From Eledone cirrhosa (lineage: Eukaryota), in NCBI GenBank assembly GCA_964016885.1, contig OZ024760.1:23312001-23376000 (forward strand): a DNA stretch of 64,000 bases, given 5' to 3'. Positions 31,100-43,901 of the stretch are shown here, one piece after another. A program made the translations under genes and the position numbers. A model generated the notes under the pieces. That model searched no databases and was not told the origin of the DNA. It worked only from the letters and a program-made list of their open reading frames with translations. Within the stretch, counting starts at the first letter, position 1, and each line of letters starts with the position of its first letter.

Positions 31100-31508
31100 A
31101 TAAACATATCATTTAATGGTAGGTTGTTTTTTAATATTGTGTGGAACCGGTGTTTGGGGTTAGTAAACTCTTATGCAACAAATTAATTAAATCAGGAAAC
31201 GTTGTGTAAATCATCTATCGCATATGTGGTATCCTGTGGCTGGTACATGAACTCCCAATTATGCAGCCTGTCAATGAATCAAATTGATCTATGTTTTATT
31301 TTCTATCTTCTAATTTGTTCTCTATCCTATCTTCAATTCGATGGTTGGGTTCCACTTAATCCTGTTACAGAATTGTGCAAACAACAACTGATGACATCCC
31401 CTAGACTTGCATCATAATCTGATGATAGATCTGGGCTATCGAAATACGTATAGTGCTTTCGCGAAATTTAAAATAGCATTTCCATTCCGACCCTCTGTTG
31501 TTGTTTTA
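31100..31508 (+). mobile_element. (TA)n-flanked insert with degenerate hammerhead (31409-31456)
   Basis: CTGATGA-TAG...CTATC-GAAA-TACGTA-TA with palindromic stem III; stem I is weak. Confidence 0.45.
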
Positions 31509-31634
31509 ATATATATATATATATAGTCGTTGTAATATATATATATATATACACACATTTATATCACTTTGATAGAACCACTCATAAGTGTATTTCCCTT
31601 CTTTCTCTCACCCTCTATCTCTCTGTCTCTCTCC

Positions 31635-31683
<49 letters not shown>

Positions 31684-31813
31684 ATCATGATCACTTTGAT
31701 TGGACCAAAGAAAGGAGTATACATACATACATATATATACACATACATACATATATATATATATATATACATATATCATTATCACTTTGATTGAACCAAA
31801 CAAAAGTTCTGTA

Positions 31814-31866
<53 letters not shown>

Positions 31867-32279
31867 ATGTATGTATCGATCCAAACCTAAATATACAGAC
31901 ATCACCATATCTGTGTCGCGATATCCGTAATTAAGCATCATTATTTCTCACCCATATCGCATTTCATATTGAACAAGACTATAATTATATTACATAATTT
32001 CATTTGATTGCACACACCTCCCAACGCCTCAAACGCCAGAATAGTTAAATAAAGTCCGCCACTTACATACACAACTAATACACCCAACCTTCATGATAAA
32101 TGGTTATTGAGACTTAGTGATATCATTAGATTCTAGTCTAGAATTTTTCCTCTATCGTACGGGTCATATATAGTTCAGAAGATCAACAAACTGTGTCTCA
32201 TCTCGTCTTTGATTGTTCTTCATTTAATCTTTAAACAACTTTGGAATATTCACCGCTTTCTGTCTAGCTTTCAGTATAT

Positions 32280-33300
32280 GATGGTGTTGGTAATGGTAGT
32301 GTTGTTATTGTTGTTGTTGTTACTGGTGATGTTGATGTTGGTGGTGGTATTGGTGGTGGTGGTGGTGGTGTTGATGTTATTGTTGTTACTGGTGGTGGTG
32401 ATGTCGGTGGTGGTGATGGTGTTGGTGGTGGTGGTGATGGTGGCGGTGATGGTGGCGGTGATGGTGGTGACGGCGGCGGCGGTGGTGGTGATGGTGGCGG
32501 TGATGGTGGCGGTGATGGTGGTGACGGCGGCGGCGGTGGTGGTGGTGGTGGTGTTATCGTTACTGTTGTTACTGGTGGTGATGTTGGTGGTGATGGTGAC
32601 GGTGGTGGTGGTGGTGGTGATGGTGGTGGTGTTGGTGTTGTTGTTGTTGATGTTGATGATGGTGGTGGTGGAGTTATTTTAGTTGGCGGTAGTGATGGTG
32701 TTGTTGTTGATGTTGATGATGGTGGTGGTGGAGTTATTTTAGTTGGCGGTAGTTTTGGTGTTGTTGTTGTGTGTATGTGTTGCTGGTGTCACTCTCTGTA
32801 ATATTTGATGTGCTACACGTGTGCTACAATGTGATGTGATTCTTCCCCGACCCTCTGACATGTGTCTATAGCGGAGGCTATGACTTTTAGTGTGTGCTCA
32901 TTGTTATTGAGTTGAATTAGTGAGGGTGATAATGGAGGCGGTAGTGGTGCTGGTTGTGGTAGAGAGTTAGTGGCAGTGGTGTTGGTGAGGGAGGTAATGG
33001 TTGCAGTAGTGGTGCTGGTTGTTGCTGTGCTGGCGATGGCGTGCTGGTGTTGGTAGTATTAGTGATGGTAATAGTGGTGCTGATGTTATTGATGCTGGTG
33101 TTAGTGGTGCTGGTGAGGCTGATAATGGTTGCAGTAGTGGGGCTGGTAGTAGTTGTGCTGTTGGTGTTGATGGTACTGATGCTTTTGATAATGGTGCTGG
33201 TGCTGGTATTATTAGTGGTGGCGGCTGTTATTCTGGTGCTGGTGGTTGTCGTTCTGGAGGTGGTGTTATTAGTGCTGGTGTTTGTGGTGCATTTGTTGGT
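32280..33300. repeat. (GGT)n/(GTT)n/(GCT)n low-complexity region
   Basis: Direct reading. Confidence 0.9.
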
Positions 33301-33402
33301 TTAATTCACATATCATGCAGCATATGGTTACCTTAGAGAAAACACTTCATCACACATGTTTCCATTCGTCATGTGTACCAGCATTAACAAATTATTAGAA
33401 GT

Positions 33403-33520
33403 ATTTGAGTTCAAATCCCGCCAAGGTTAACTTTGCCTTTTATCCATACGGGGTCGATAAAATAAAGTACCAGTAATGTACTGTGTAATTGCTGGCCTTG
33501 TGCCTAAAGTAGAAACAATT
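33403..33520 (+). mobile_element. OK-type SINE, 5'-truncated
   Basis: Family consensus from the B box onward. Confidence 0.8.
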
Positions 33521-33746
33521 TACAAATTATTAAAAGTATTTGCAGCAGTTATTTCTGAGTTCAAAACCCCGTCAAGATCAACTTAATCTTTCGAGAGAAA
33601 AGTACCAGTCAAGTACCTTAGTTTCATCCCATCCTCATATCTGAGTGTCGGCGGATTAGGGATTTTTTGAGCAGCACTCTCCCTATTTTCCTATCTCCTG
33701 CCATTACCGTACATTCTGCCAAACTATTTCCTGTCCATTCTTTAAT

Positions 33747-33925
33747 CATTGTTTCTACTTTTGGCACAAGGCCAGCAATTACCCAGTGTATTACCTGTAC
33801 TTTATTTTATCGATCCCGTACTGGTACTTTATTTTATCGGCTGGATTTGAACTCTGATCATAAAGGGACGTAACTCTATGCTTCAAAGCATGGTGTCCGA
33901 CTCTCTACCGATACAGCCAATCCAT
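33747..33925 (-). mobile_element. OK-type SINE
   Basis: Reverse complement of the family consensus. Confidence 0.8.
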
Positions 33926-34449
33926 CTGTCCATCTCCTTTTCTGCCTTCCCTTGGTCCCTTTCCCCTGAATTCGGCCCCTCAAATATGTGGGTAGTCAAA
34001 TTGTGTGCCCTGAGGACTTGACCAAGATACTGAAGTGTTCTCTTCCTTACTGTTTCAACCAACTGTCGAACACCACCAATCCCTTTCAGGACAAGTAATG
34101 GTGTTGATTAATCAATTTAACCCTTCCTACCATATTGCTGGCCTTGTGCCTGATTTAGAAATCGTTATTGTACTTCTACTAATCATCATCATCGCTTTTA
34201 TTAGTCAAATATTTCTTATTCTGTGGAATTGGACAACAGACGTGTTATATACTAAAAAAAAAAAATTTCAGTTTAGAAAGTATGTGTTGGCTTATATATA
34301 TATATATATATATATTTATACATATATATATATGTGTGTGTCTGTATGACTGCGTGGTATTATGTATGTGTGTGTGTGTGTATGTGTGCGTTGTATTGTG
34401 TGTGTGTATGTGTGCGTGGTATTGTGTGTGTCTGTATGAGTGGTATTAT

Positions 34450-34633
34450 GTGGATTGGCAGTATAGGTAGAGGGTCGGACGTCATGCTTTCCAGCATAGT
34501 TACGTCCCTTTACGATCTGAGTTCAAATCCAGCCGAGGTTAACTTTGCCTTTCATCCTTACGGGGTCGATAAAATAAAGTACCAGTAATGCACTGGGTAA
34601 TTTCTGGCCTTGTGCTAATAGTAGAAACAATTA
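34450..34633 (+). mobile_element. OK-type SINE within a (TG)n/GTGGTATT repeat
   Basis: Family consensus. Confidence 0.85.
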
Positions 34634-35361
34634 TGTATGTGTTTCATATGTGTGTGGTATTATGTGTGTCTGTGTGTATGTCTGCAAGGCAGTGTGTGTG
34701 TATGCGTGTGGTATTATGTGTGTGTCTATGTGTGGTATATATTTCATGTCTGCGGGTGGTATTGTGTGTGTGTATGTGTGCGTATTATGTGTATGTGTCT
34801 CTGTGTGGTAGTATGTGTTTGTTTCGTGTTTGTGTGTGGTATTCTATTTGTGTGTTCATGTATGTGTATGGTATTATGTGTGTGGGTGTATGTATGTGTG
34901 CGGTGTTACATGTCTGTGTGTGTGTGGTATTATGTGTGTGTATGTCTGTGGTATTATGTATGTGTCTATGTGTGGTATTATGTGTTTCATGTGTGTGTGT
35001 GTGTGTGCTGTTTATTAGGATCCGTTCAGAAGTAATAGTCATTTATTACTATTTTGTTTTTATCTTTTTCTTGCTGTTGTCTCGTGAGATATGAGATAAG
35101 ACGTGATAAATCTTTTCTTCTGTTTTGCCGCCATTTTAAAGGAGAACAAAAACTTATATATATATATTTTTTTTATATTTGTAAACATGGCTACCATGAT
35201 GTGACATGGCAGTATGATGTGACTCGTACAAAGGAATTAGCAACATAAACACGCAGAGGCTAGCAACATAGTCGGCCCGGTATTAGCAACATATACACCC
35301 AAACACACAAAGAATAACTTTACCAGAATGAAGTTCTATAGTTAATAAGAAGCATTAATGA

Positions 35362-35751
35362 GGGCGGTGGATTTGGCAGTATCGGTAGAGAGTCGGACGC
35401 CATGCTTTGACATATAGAGTTACGGCCCTTGCCATTCTGCGTTCAAATCCCGCCGAGGTTAACTTTGCCATTCATCCTTACGGGGTCGATAAAATAAAGT
35501 ACCAGTAATGCACTGGGTACTTTCCTGGCCTTGTGCCAAACGTAGAAACAATTATTAAGGGCGGTGGATTGTCAGTATCGGTAGAGAGTCGGACGCCATG
35601 CTTTCCAGCAGAGTTACGTCCCTTTACGGTCTTAGTTCAAATCCCGCCGAGGTTCACTTTGCCTTTCATTCTTACGGTGTCGATAAAATAAAGTACCAGT
35701 AATGTACTGGTGTAATTGCTGGCCTTGTGACAAAAAAATTAGAAACAATTA
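35362..35751 (+). mobile_element. Two head-to-tail OK-type SINEs
   Basis: GGGCGGTGGATT heads at ~35362 and ~35559; AGAAACAATTAT tails. Confidence 0.88.
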
Positions 35752-35939
35752 TGAGATATGTAATAATTTATTGGTAAATATTTAGGAAAGCCGGTACAAC
35801 GTGGTAAAAATATTTAAAGGACAAAGGATGACAAACAATACAAAATTAAATAATCTTGTATATTTGAGGATACAGACAGACAAGAAATTAGAACACAATA
35901 GGCATGTCGAGCTCCTGACTCTTTTCCTATATATATATA

Positions 35940-36132
35940 TAACAAAGGAATTGTGGTAAGGAACCAGATGAACCATAACGCACAAGAGTACTCAATACTT
36001 AGGGTAGTAGAGTGGGAAATAGGAAAAAGTATGACCCCGACGGCAGAGCCCAAGCCGTTTCGACGCCTATTGCAATCCAGAAATAGCCGTCGAAACGGCT
36101 CGAGCTCTCCCGTCGGTGTCATACTTTTTCCT
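35940..36132 (-). mobile_element. Family A fold-back element
   Basis: ~50-bp inverted arms 36021-36070/36082-36132 plus an ~80-bp single-copy terminus; (TA)n on both sides. Confidence 0.75.
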
Positions 36133-36141
36133 ATATATATA

Positions 36142-36323
36142 TACGTTATTCCGGGTTGAATCGGAGGTAACCACAGTAAGTAAGGTACTCAATACATAGC
36201 AGAGTATAACAGTTTTAATATAGAAGAGATTCTACAGGACTAGAACTGTTTCATTCATTAGAAATCATGATTTCTAATGAATGAAACAGTTCTAGTCCTG
36301 TAGAATCTCATCTATATTAAAAC
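36142..36323 (-). mobile_element. Family B fold-back element
   Basis: Near-perfect palindrome centred on AAATCATGATTT (~36267), arms ~55 bp, plus single-copy terminus; (TA)n-flanked. Confidence 0.75.
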
Positions 36324-36359
<36 letters not shown>

Positions 36360-36586
36360 AGGTGATGCTAGGGCCAAGGAGAATTCCTTCAGTCAGTTTA
36401 TTTAAAGGATTTATAATTTTTCCTCTCTTGCCCTGTTAGATAACAATAAAAAATACTATCATTATGATAACATCAATGATATTAATAGTAATAATGATGA
36501 TAATACGATAATGATAATTCTGACACTATGGTGTATTTTTTTATGATTATTATCTTACCATTTATGTTTATCGATATATCTATAAA

Positions 36587-36647
<61 letters not shown>

Positions 36648-36691
36648 TTCTCTCTCCCAGTCTCTCTCCACACACATACACACATACATAA

Positions 36692-36818
<127 letters not shown>

Positions 36819-37097
36819 GACTAGTTGTCTACCGTTTTCTATCTATACATTTATGTACCTCTCCAACTCACGTGTTTTTTTTTTGTTTTCCTTTTATGAC
36901 CCTCTCGCCCTTTACCTATATATATTACACACTCATACACAGAAACATACACACACGTTATATGTTTTGCTTCTACGTTCATCTAACCTCTCTCTCTCTC
37001 TCTCTCTTTCGCTCTCTCTCTCTCTTTCGCTCTCTCTCACCCACACACATACGCTTTCACGTTTTTCTCTTTCCATTTACTCCCACGCTTTCTCACG

Positions 37098-37148
<51 letters not shown>

Positions 37149-37164
37149 CCTTTCTCTCCGGCCA

Positions 37165-37550
37165 ACAACTGATTCTTTTTTTCAAATACCACTTTGGAAG
37201 AAGAATCAGGATGGAGAGAGAGGTGCTGTACTCCAGCAAGTTTTATGAAAGGTGGGTGAAAGTGGCGAGAATGGCCCGAGTGAATGGGCCTTCTCTCTAT
37301 ATCAGCCTGTAGGTTGAGGAAAAGGAGGAGGAGAGGAAAGGAGTACAAGCTCTTCGTACTCCTGGAGATGAGGGTTGCACATTTTTTTCGGGGGTCTGTG
37401 TTACCCATATAAACTGTCTCCCTCTATTGGGGAAAATCGACTAACTTTTAAATTCCATCTGTGATAACATTTTACACGTTTTTATTGTATGTAAACTTCC
37501 CCCTTTGTATTTGTCCCCTTCTTTTGTGCCCCTGTGGCTAATAAAGAAAT
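37165..37550 (+). mobile_element. L1/Tx1-like LINE 3' end (ORF2 C-terminus and 3' UTR), copy 1
   Basis: FFKYHFGRRIRMEREVLYSSKFYERWVKVARMARVNG*, AATAAA, then (TATC)n; clade assigned from recall only. Confidence 0.55.
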
Positions 37551-37551
37551 A

Positions 37552-37584
<33 letters not shown>

Positions 37585-37585
<1 letters not shown>

Positions 37586-37980
37586 CCGATATCATTTCGG
37601 AAGAAGGATCAGGATGGAGAGAGAGGTGCTGCACCCCAGCCGTTTTTATGAAAGATGGGTGAAAGTGGCGTCAATGGCCCGTGTGAATGGGCCTTCACTC
37701 TACATCAGACTATAGGTGAGGAGGATGAAAGACCAAGGGAGCACCCGCTCGCTGTGCTCCTGAGGAGAAGGGTTGCACACTTTTTTTCGGGGGCGTGTGC
37801 GACCCACCAAGGCGCCTCCTCTCTATTGAGGATTTTGTTATAAATTCTATCTTGTTATATTTTATTTTATTTTTATATTTTATAATTGCCTCCTCCTTAT
37901 TGAGGACGCCTTGTTATGTAAACTCCCCCATTGTACTTGTCCCACTTTTTGATGCCCTGGTGGCAAATAAAAAGAAAATT
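37585..37980 (+). mobile_element. L1/Tx1-like LINE 3' end, copy 2
   Basis: Diverged paralogue of 37185-37550, also flanked by (TATC)n. Confidence 0.55.
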
Positions 37981-38378
37981 ATCTATCTCTATGTATATCT
38001 CTCTCTCTATCTATTTATCTATTTAACTATCTATCTATCTATATCTCTCTATCTATCTCTCTATTTATCTATCTGCCTATCTAACTATCTATTGCTTACA
38101 CATATAAATATTTTTTAAATCTCTCACTTTCTCCCGTTCTCTCTCTCTCACACACACATACACACGAATGTTTTTATCCCCCCCCCCATATCTCTTCATC
38201 CCCCTCTCTCTCTTCCCTCCCCCTCTCTCTATTCCCTCCTCTCTCTCTCTCTCTCTTTTCCCTCCTCTCTCTCTCTTCCCTCTTCTCTCTCTTCCCCCAC
38301 TCTCTCTGTATCTCTTACTCTTTGTGTCTATCTTCTCTATCTATCTTTCTCTCTCTCTCTCAACCCATTCTCCCTCTC

Positions 38379-38421
<43 letters not shown>

Positions 38422-38654
38422 GTGTATATCTCTCTCTCTCCCTCTCTCTCTCCATCGCTCTGTGTTGAAAGACGTGATTTATAGAAGTCCGTCTCTCTTA
38501 TAATTACTTGAAATAGATCTCAGATAACGCAGCAAGATTTATACATTTTTCATTTTGCATCACTTGAAAATTATTCACACCCGATTACCATTTCTACTCT
38601 TCGAGATATTTGATGAATTGGAAACTTAAAGATAAAACAACAACAACAAAAATA

Positions 38655-39395
38655 ATAATTGTTTCTACTTTGTGCACAAGGCCAGCAATAACCCAAAGCA
38701 TTACTGGTACTTCATATTATCGACCCCGTAAGGATGAAAGGCGGGATTTGAACAACAAAAATAATTGTTTCTACTTTAGGCACAAGGCCAGCTATAACCC
38801 CAGTGCATTACTGGTACTTTATTTTATCTACCCCGTAAGGATGAAAGGCAAAGTCAACCTCGGCGGGATTTGAACTTAGATCGTAAAGGGACGTAACTAT
38901 GCTAGAAAGCATGGCGTCCGACCCTTGTTTCTAGTTTTGGCAGTTTATTACTAGTACTTACACTAATAACAATATTTTTTTCTGTTTTTGGCACAAGGCT
39001 AGCAACTATCCCAGTGTATTACTGGTACTTTATTTTATCGACCCCTGTAAGTTTGAAAGGCAAAGGTAACCTCGGCGGGATTTGAACACACACCGTAAAG
39101 GACCGTAAGCCATGCTAGGGTGGTGGATTGGCAGTATCGGTAGAGGGTCGGACACCATGTTAGGGCGGTGGATTGGCAGTATTGGTAGAGGGTGGGACAC
39201 CATGTTAGGGCGCTGGATTGGCAGTATCAGTAGAGGGTCGGACACCATGCTTTCCAGCATAGTTACGTCCCTTTACGGTCTGAGTTCAAATCCCGCCGAG
39301 GTTAACTTTGCCTTTCATCCTTACGGGGTCGATAAAATAAAGTACCAGTAATGCACTGGGTATTTGCTGGCCTTGTGCCTAAAGTAGAAACAATT
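38655..39395. mobile_element. Cluster of OK-type SINE pieces (three on minus, one on plus with triplicated 45-bp head)
   Basis: Family consensus matches; heads at 39116, 39161 and 39206. Confidence 0.8.
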
Positions 39396-39773
39396 AATAT
39401 TAATCTTGGAAACAAAATAGAAGATAGCATGGTTTGTCACGGCAGGAAAGCCTGTGATGGTATTGGACCAAGTGATATATAGCGTAAACAACAACAGCAG
39501 TCAATACAGACGATGACAAAACAAATCCCATTTAGAGGTGGAGTCCTAGGTAGACTATTCCGTAATATATGATGGGTTAACATTGGATGAAAAACATATA
39601 AATTCAGTGGCCAACACCTGACCGAGGGCTAAACGACGGCCAACACCAACACCACCACCACCACCACCACCACCAACACCACCAACAACACCACCACCAA
39701 CGACACCACCACCAACAACAACAACAGCACCACCACCAACAGCACAACCATCACCATCAGCACCGTCGCCATC

Positions 39774-40000
39774 AGCCGTTAATATCCTTAAGGAATGTAT
39801 ATACTTCCAAACGTTCAATCGACTGACAGGAAGGTATACGGTGCTGATGACAGTTAATAAGCTAGAAACTAGTTCATCGTTCCTTTCTCAGTGTTGAACA
39901 AAAGGGCAACAATGGTTGCTGAACACTGTACGGCTAATAATTCGGGCTGTTTGTTTACAAACAAACCGAACATTATAATAAATGTTCAGTAAACCCATAC

Positions 40001-40005
<5 letters not shown>
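39774..40005 (+). mobile_element. Diverged dispersed half-copy of the 467-bp monomer with hammerhead at 39838-39880
   Basis: ACGGTG-CTGATGA-C-AGTT-aata-AGCT-A-GAAA-CTAG-TT-CATCGT; collinear with 12824-13060. Confidence 0.8.
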
Positions 40006-40038
<33 letters not shown>

Positions 40039-40081
40039 CCATACGTACATATATATACGTACATATATATATATATGTAAA

Positions 40082-40275
40082 ATAATTGTTTCTACTTTTG
40101 TAAACAAGGCTAGCAATTATCCCAGTGCATTACTGGTACTTTATTTTCTCAACTCCGTAAGGATGAATGGCAAAGTTAAACTTGGCGGAATTTGAACTCA
40201 GAATGGAAAGGGCCGTAACTCTATGCTGCAAAGCCTGGTGTCTGACGCTCTACCGATACTGCCAATCCACCACCC

Positions 40276-40307
<32 letters not shown>

Positions 40308-41562
40308 GGACGATTCGTTATGTCTTCATTACGTTTATTGTGTGGTGACAAGCGTTTCATTTTGATAAGATCAACGTACGATCTGTATCGGTCTGGCCCG
40401 ACTCTGGAATCAAAAGCTCGTCGGACCGTTGCTGTGGTAATTACAGATCGAACGTTAAGCTATTCAATAGAGACACGTACGTCACTACTCAATCTAAACT
40501 ATAATAAATTAAGGAGCGCGGGACTGCGTACGGTTTATAATTTTGTTAGCACATTAGTAAAATAAGTAGCATTATTTTGAATAAATAATTGTTTCTACTT
40601 TTGGCACAAGGCCAGCAATTAACCAGTACATTACTGGTACTTTATTTTATCGACCCTGTAAGGATGAAAGGCAAAGTTAAGCTCGGCGGGATTTGAACTC
40701 AGAATGGCAAGGGCCGTAATTCTATGAGTCAAAGCATGGCGTTTGACCTACCGAAACTGCCAATAATAATCAATGAATATTACATGATGTATCTACTAAA
40801 TTTCGTGGCTGTTCATTAAATATATTTTGTTTATTTAAACATTCACTTTAAAATTTCTGAAATGTCAACACATCCAGTTGGCCATCGCTTACATAAACAT
40901 ACTAATTTTCTGTCAATAATTTTCTCCTAATGTAGTTTATATATAATTTCGTCTTTTTTAATGTATCTTGGATTACGTTACTGATTAAATAACGCAGTCT
41001 TCGTTCAATTTCTATGTATTATATACTGTCAGATACGATTTTATTTGATGTATATACCTGCGTATAATATCAATATACACACTACACATGCTAGCAGAAA
41101 ACCACCCAAGGGTGGCTTTTCTGTTAGTAAACATAATGAAGATGTAACAAATCGTCCTTTTATTATTATTAAGGCGGTGGGGGGGGGGGGCAGTATCAGT
41201 AGAGGGTCGGACTCCATGCTTTGCAGCAAAGGCGTTACGGCCCTTTATTGTCTGAGTTCAAATCCCGCCCAGTTTAACTTTGCCTTTCATCCTTACGGGG
41301 TCGATAAAATAAAGTACCAGTAATACACTGGAATTATTGCTGGCCTTGTGCCAACAGTAGAAACAATTATTATTATGGCGGTGGATTGGCAATATCGGTA
41401 GAGGGTCGGACATGCTTTCTAGCAGAGAATTACGTTACTTTACGATCTGATTTCAAATCCCGCCGAGGTTAACTTTGCCATTCATCCATACGGGGTCGAT
41501 AAAATAATGTACCAGTAATGCACTGGGTATTTGCTGGCCTTGTGCCTAAAGTAGAAACAATT
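40082..41562. mobile_element. Four OK-type SINEs (40082-40275 -, 40585-40762 -, 41172-41372 +, 41377-41562 +); repeated at 42259-43740
   Basis: Family consensus matches. Confidence 0.85.
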
Positions 41563-41939
41563 AATATTAATCTTGGAAACAAAATAGAAGATAGCATGGT
41601 TTGTCACGGCAGGAAAGCCTGTGATGGTATTGGACCAAGTGATATATAGCGTAAACAACAACAGCAGTCAATACAGACGATGACAAAACAAATCCCATTT
41701 AGAGGTGGAGTCCTAGGTAGACTATTCCGTAATATATGATGGGTTAACATTGGATGAAAAACATATAAATTCAGTGGCCAACACCTGACCGAGGGCTAAA
41801 CGACGGCCAACACCAACACCACCACCACCACCACCACCACCAACACCACCAACAACACCACCACCAACGACACCACCACCAACAACAACAACAGCACCAC
41901 CACCAACAGCACAACCATCACCATCAGCACCGTCGCCAT

Positions 41940-42167
41940 CAGCCGTTAATATCCTTAAGGAATGTATATACTTCCAAACGTTCAATCGACTGACAGGAAG
42001 GTATACGGTGCTGATGACAGTTAATAAGCTAGAAACTAGTTCATCGTTCCTTTCTCAGTGTTGAACAAAAGGGCAACAATGGTTGCTGAACACTGTACGG
42101 CTAATAATTCGGGCTGTTTGTTTACAAACAAACCGAACATTATAATAAATGTTCAGTAAACCCATAC

Positions 42168-42172
<5 letters not shown>
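41940..42172 (+). mobile_element. Duplicate of the dispersed monomer half-copy, hammerhead at 42005-42047
   Basis: Identical to 39774-40005. Confidence 0.8.
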
Positions 42173-42215
<43 letters not shown>

Positions 42216-42452
42216 CCATACGTACATATATATACGTACATATATATATATATGTAAAATAATTGTTTCTACTTTTGTAAACAAGGCTAGCAATTATCCC
42301 AGTGCATTACTGGTACTTTATTTTCTCAACTCCGTAAGGATGAATGGCAAAGTTAAACTTGGCGGAATTTGAACTCAGAATGGAAAGGGCCGTAACTCTA
42401 TGCTGCAAAGCCTGGTGTCTGACGCTCTACCGATACTGCCAATCCACCACCC

Positions 42453-42484
<32 letters not shown>

Positions 42485-43901
42485 GGACGATTCGTTATGT
42501 CTTCATTACGTTTATTGTGTGGTGACAAGCGTTTCATTTTGATAAGATCAACGTACGATCTGTATCGGTCTGGCCCGACTCTGGAATCAAAAGCTCGTCG
42601 GACCGTTGCTGTGGTAATTACAGATCGAACGTTAAGCTATTCAATAGAGACACGTACGTCACTACTCAATCTAAACTATAATAAATTAAGGAGCGCGGGA
42701 CTGCGTACGGTTTATAATTTTGTTAGCACATTAGTAAAATAAGTAGCATTATTTTGAATAAATAATTGTTTCTACTTTTGGCACAAGGCCAGCAATTAAC
42801 CAGTACATTACTGGTACTTTATTTTATCGACCCTGTAAGGATGAAAGGCAAAGTTAAGCTCGGCGGGATTTGAACTCAGAATGGCAAGGGCCGTAATTCT
42901 ATGAGTCAAAGCATGGCGTTTGACCTACCGAAACTGCCAATAATAATCAATGAATATTACATGATTTATCTACTAAATTTCGTGGCTGTTCATTAAATAT
43001 ATTTTGTTTATTTAAACATTCACTTTAAAATTTCTGAAATGTCAACACATCCAGTTGGCCATCGCTTACATAAACATACTAATTTTCTGTCAATAATTTT
43101 CTCCTAATGTAGTTTATATATAATTTCGTCTTTTTTAATGTATCTTGGATTACGTTACTGATTAAATAACGCAGTCTTCGTTCAATTTCTATGTATTATA
43201 TACTGTCAGATACGATTTTATTTGATGTATATACCTGCGTATAATATCAATATACACACTACACATGCTAGCAGAAAACCACCCAAGGGTGGCTTTTCTG
43301 TTAGTAAACATAATGAAGATGTAACAAATCGTCCTTTTATTATTATTAAGGCGGTGGGGGGGGGGGCAGTATCAGTAGAGGGTCGGACTCCATGCTTTGC
43401 AGCAAAGGCGTTACGGCCCTTTATTGTCTGAGTTCAAATCCCGCCCAGTTTAACTTTGCCTTTCATCCTTACGGGGTCGATAAAATAAAGTACCAGTAAT
43501 ACACTGGAATTATTGCTGGCCTTGTGCCAACAGTAGAAACAATTATTATTATGGCGGTGGATTGGCAATATCGGTAGAGGGTCGGACATGCTTTCTAGCA
43601 GAGAATTACGTTACTTTACGATCTGATTTCAAATCCCGCCGAGGTTAACTTTGCCATTCATCCATACGGGGTCGATAAAATAATGTACCAGTAATGCACT
43701 GGTTAATTGTTGGCCTTTTGCCAAAGTAGAAACAATTATTATTATTTATATATATATATATATATAAATATATTTATATATATAAATATATACACTCTGT
43801 TTAGCTATACACCTCGTTACTGATGTGAATCTAAGAATCGAGGGTCACCTGGGGGAACCTACAGTAAGTGCACTTAGACTCCCTATATATATATTTTTTT
43901 T

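Larger units (their letters stand above)
39342..43702. repeat. Near-identical tandem segmental duplication (units 39342-41508 and 41509-43684)
   Basis: Identical ORF pairs are offset by 2167-2177 bp. The differences I found are TA length, G-run length and one SNP. Confidence 0.95.

Noticed and set aside
32209-33336. Val-rich and Gly-rich ORFs
   Set aside because: Trinucleotide low-complexity DNA open in several frames.
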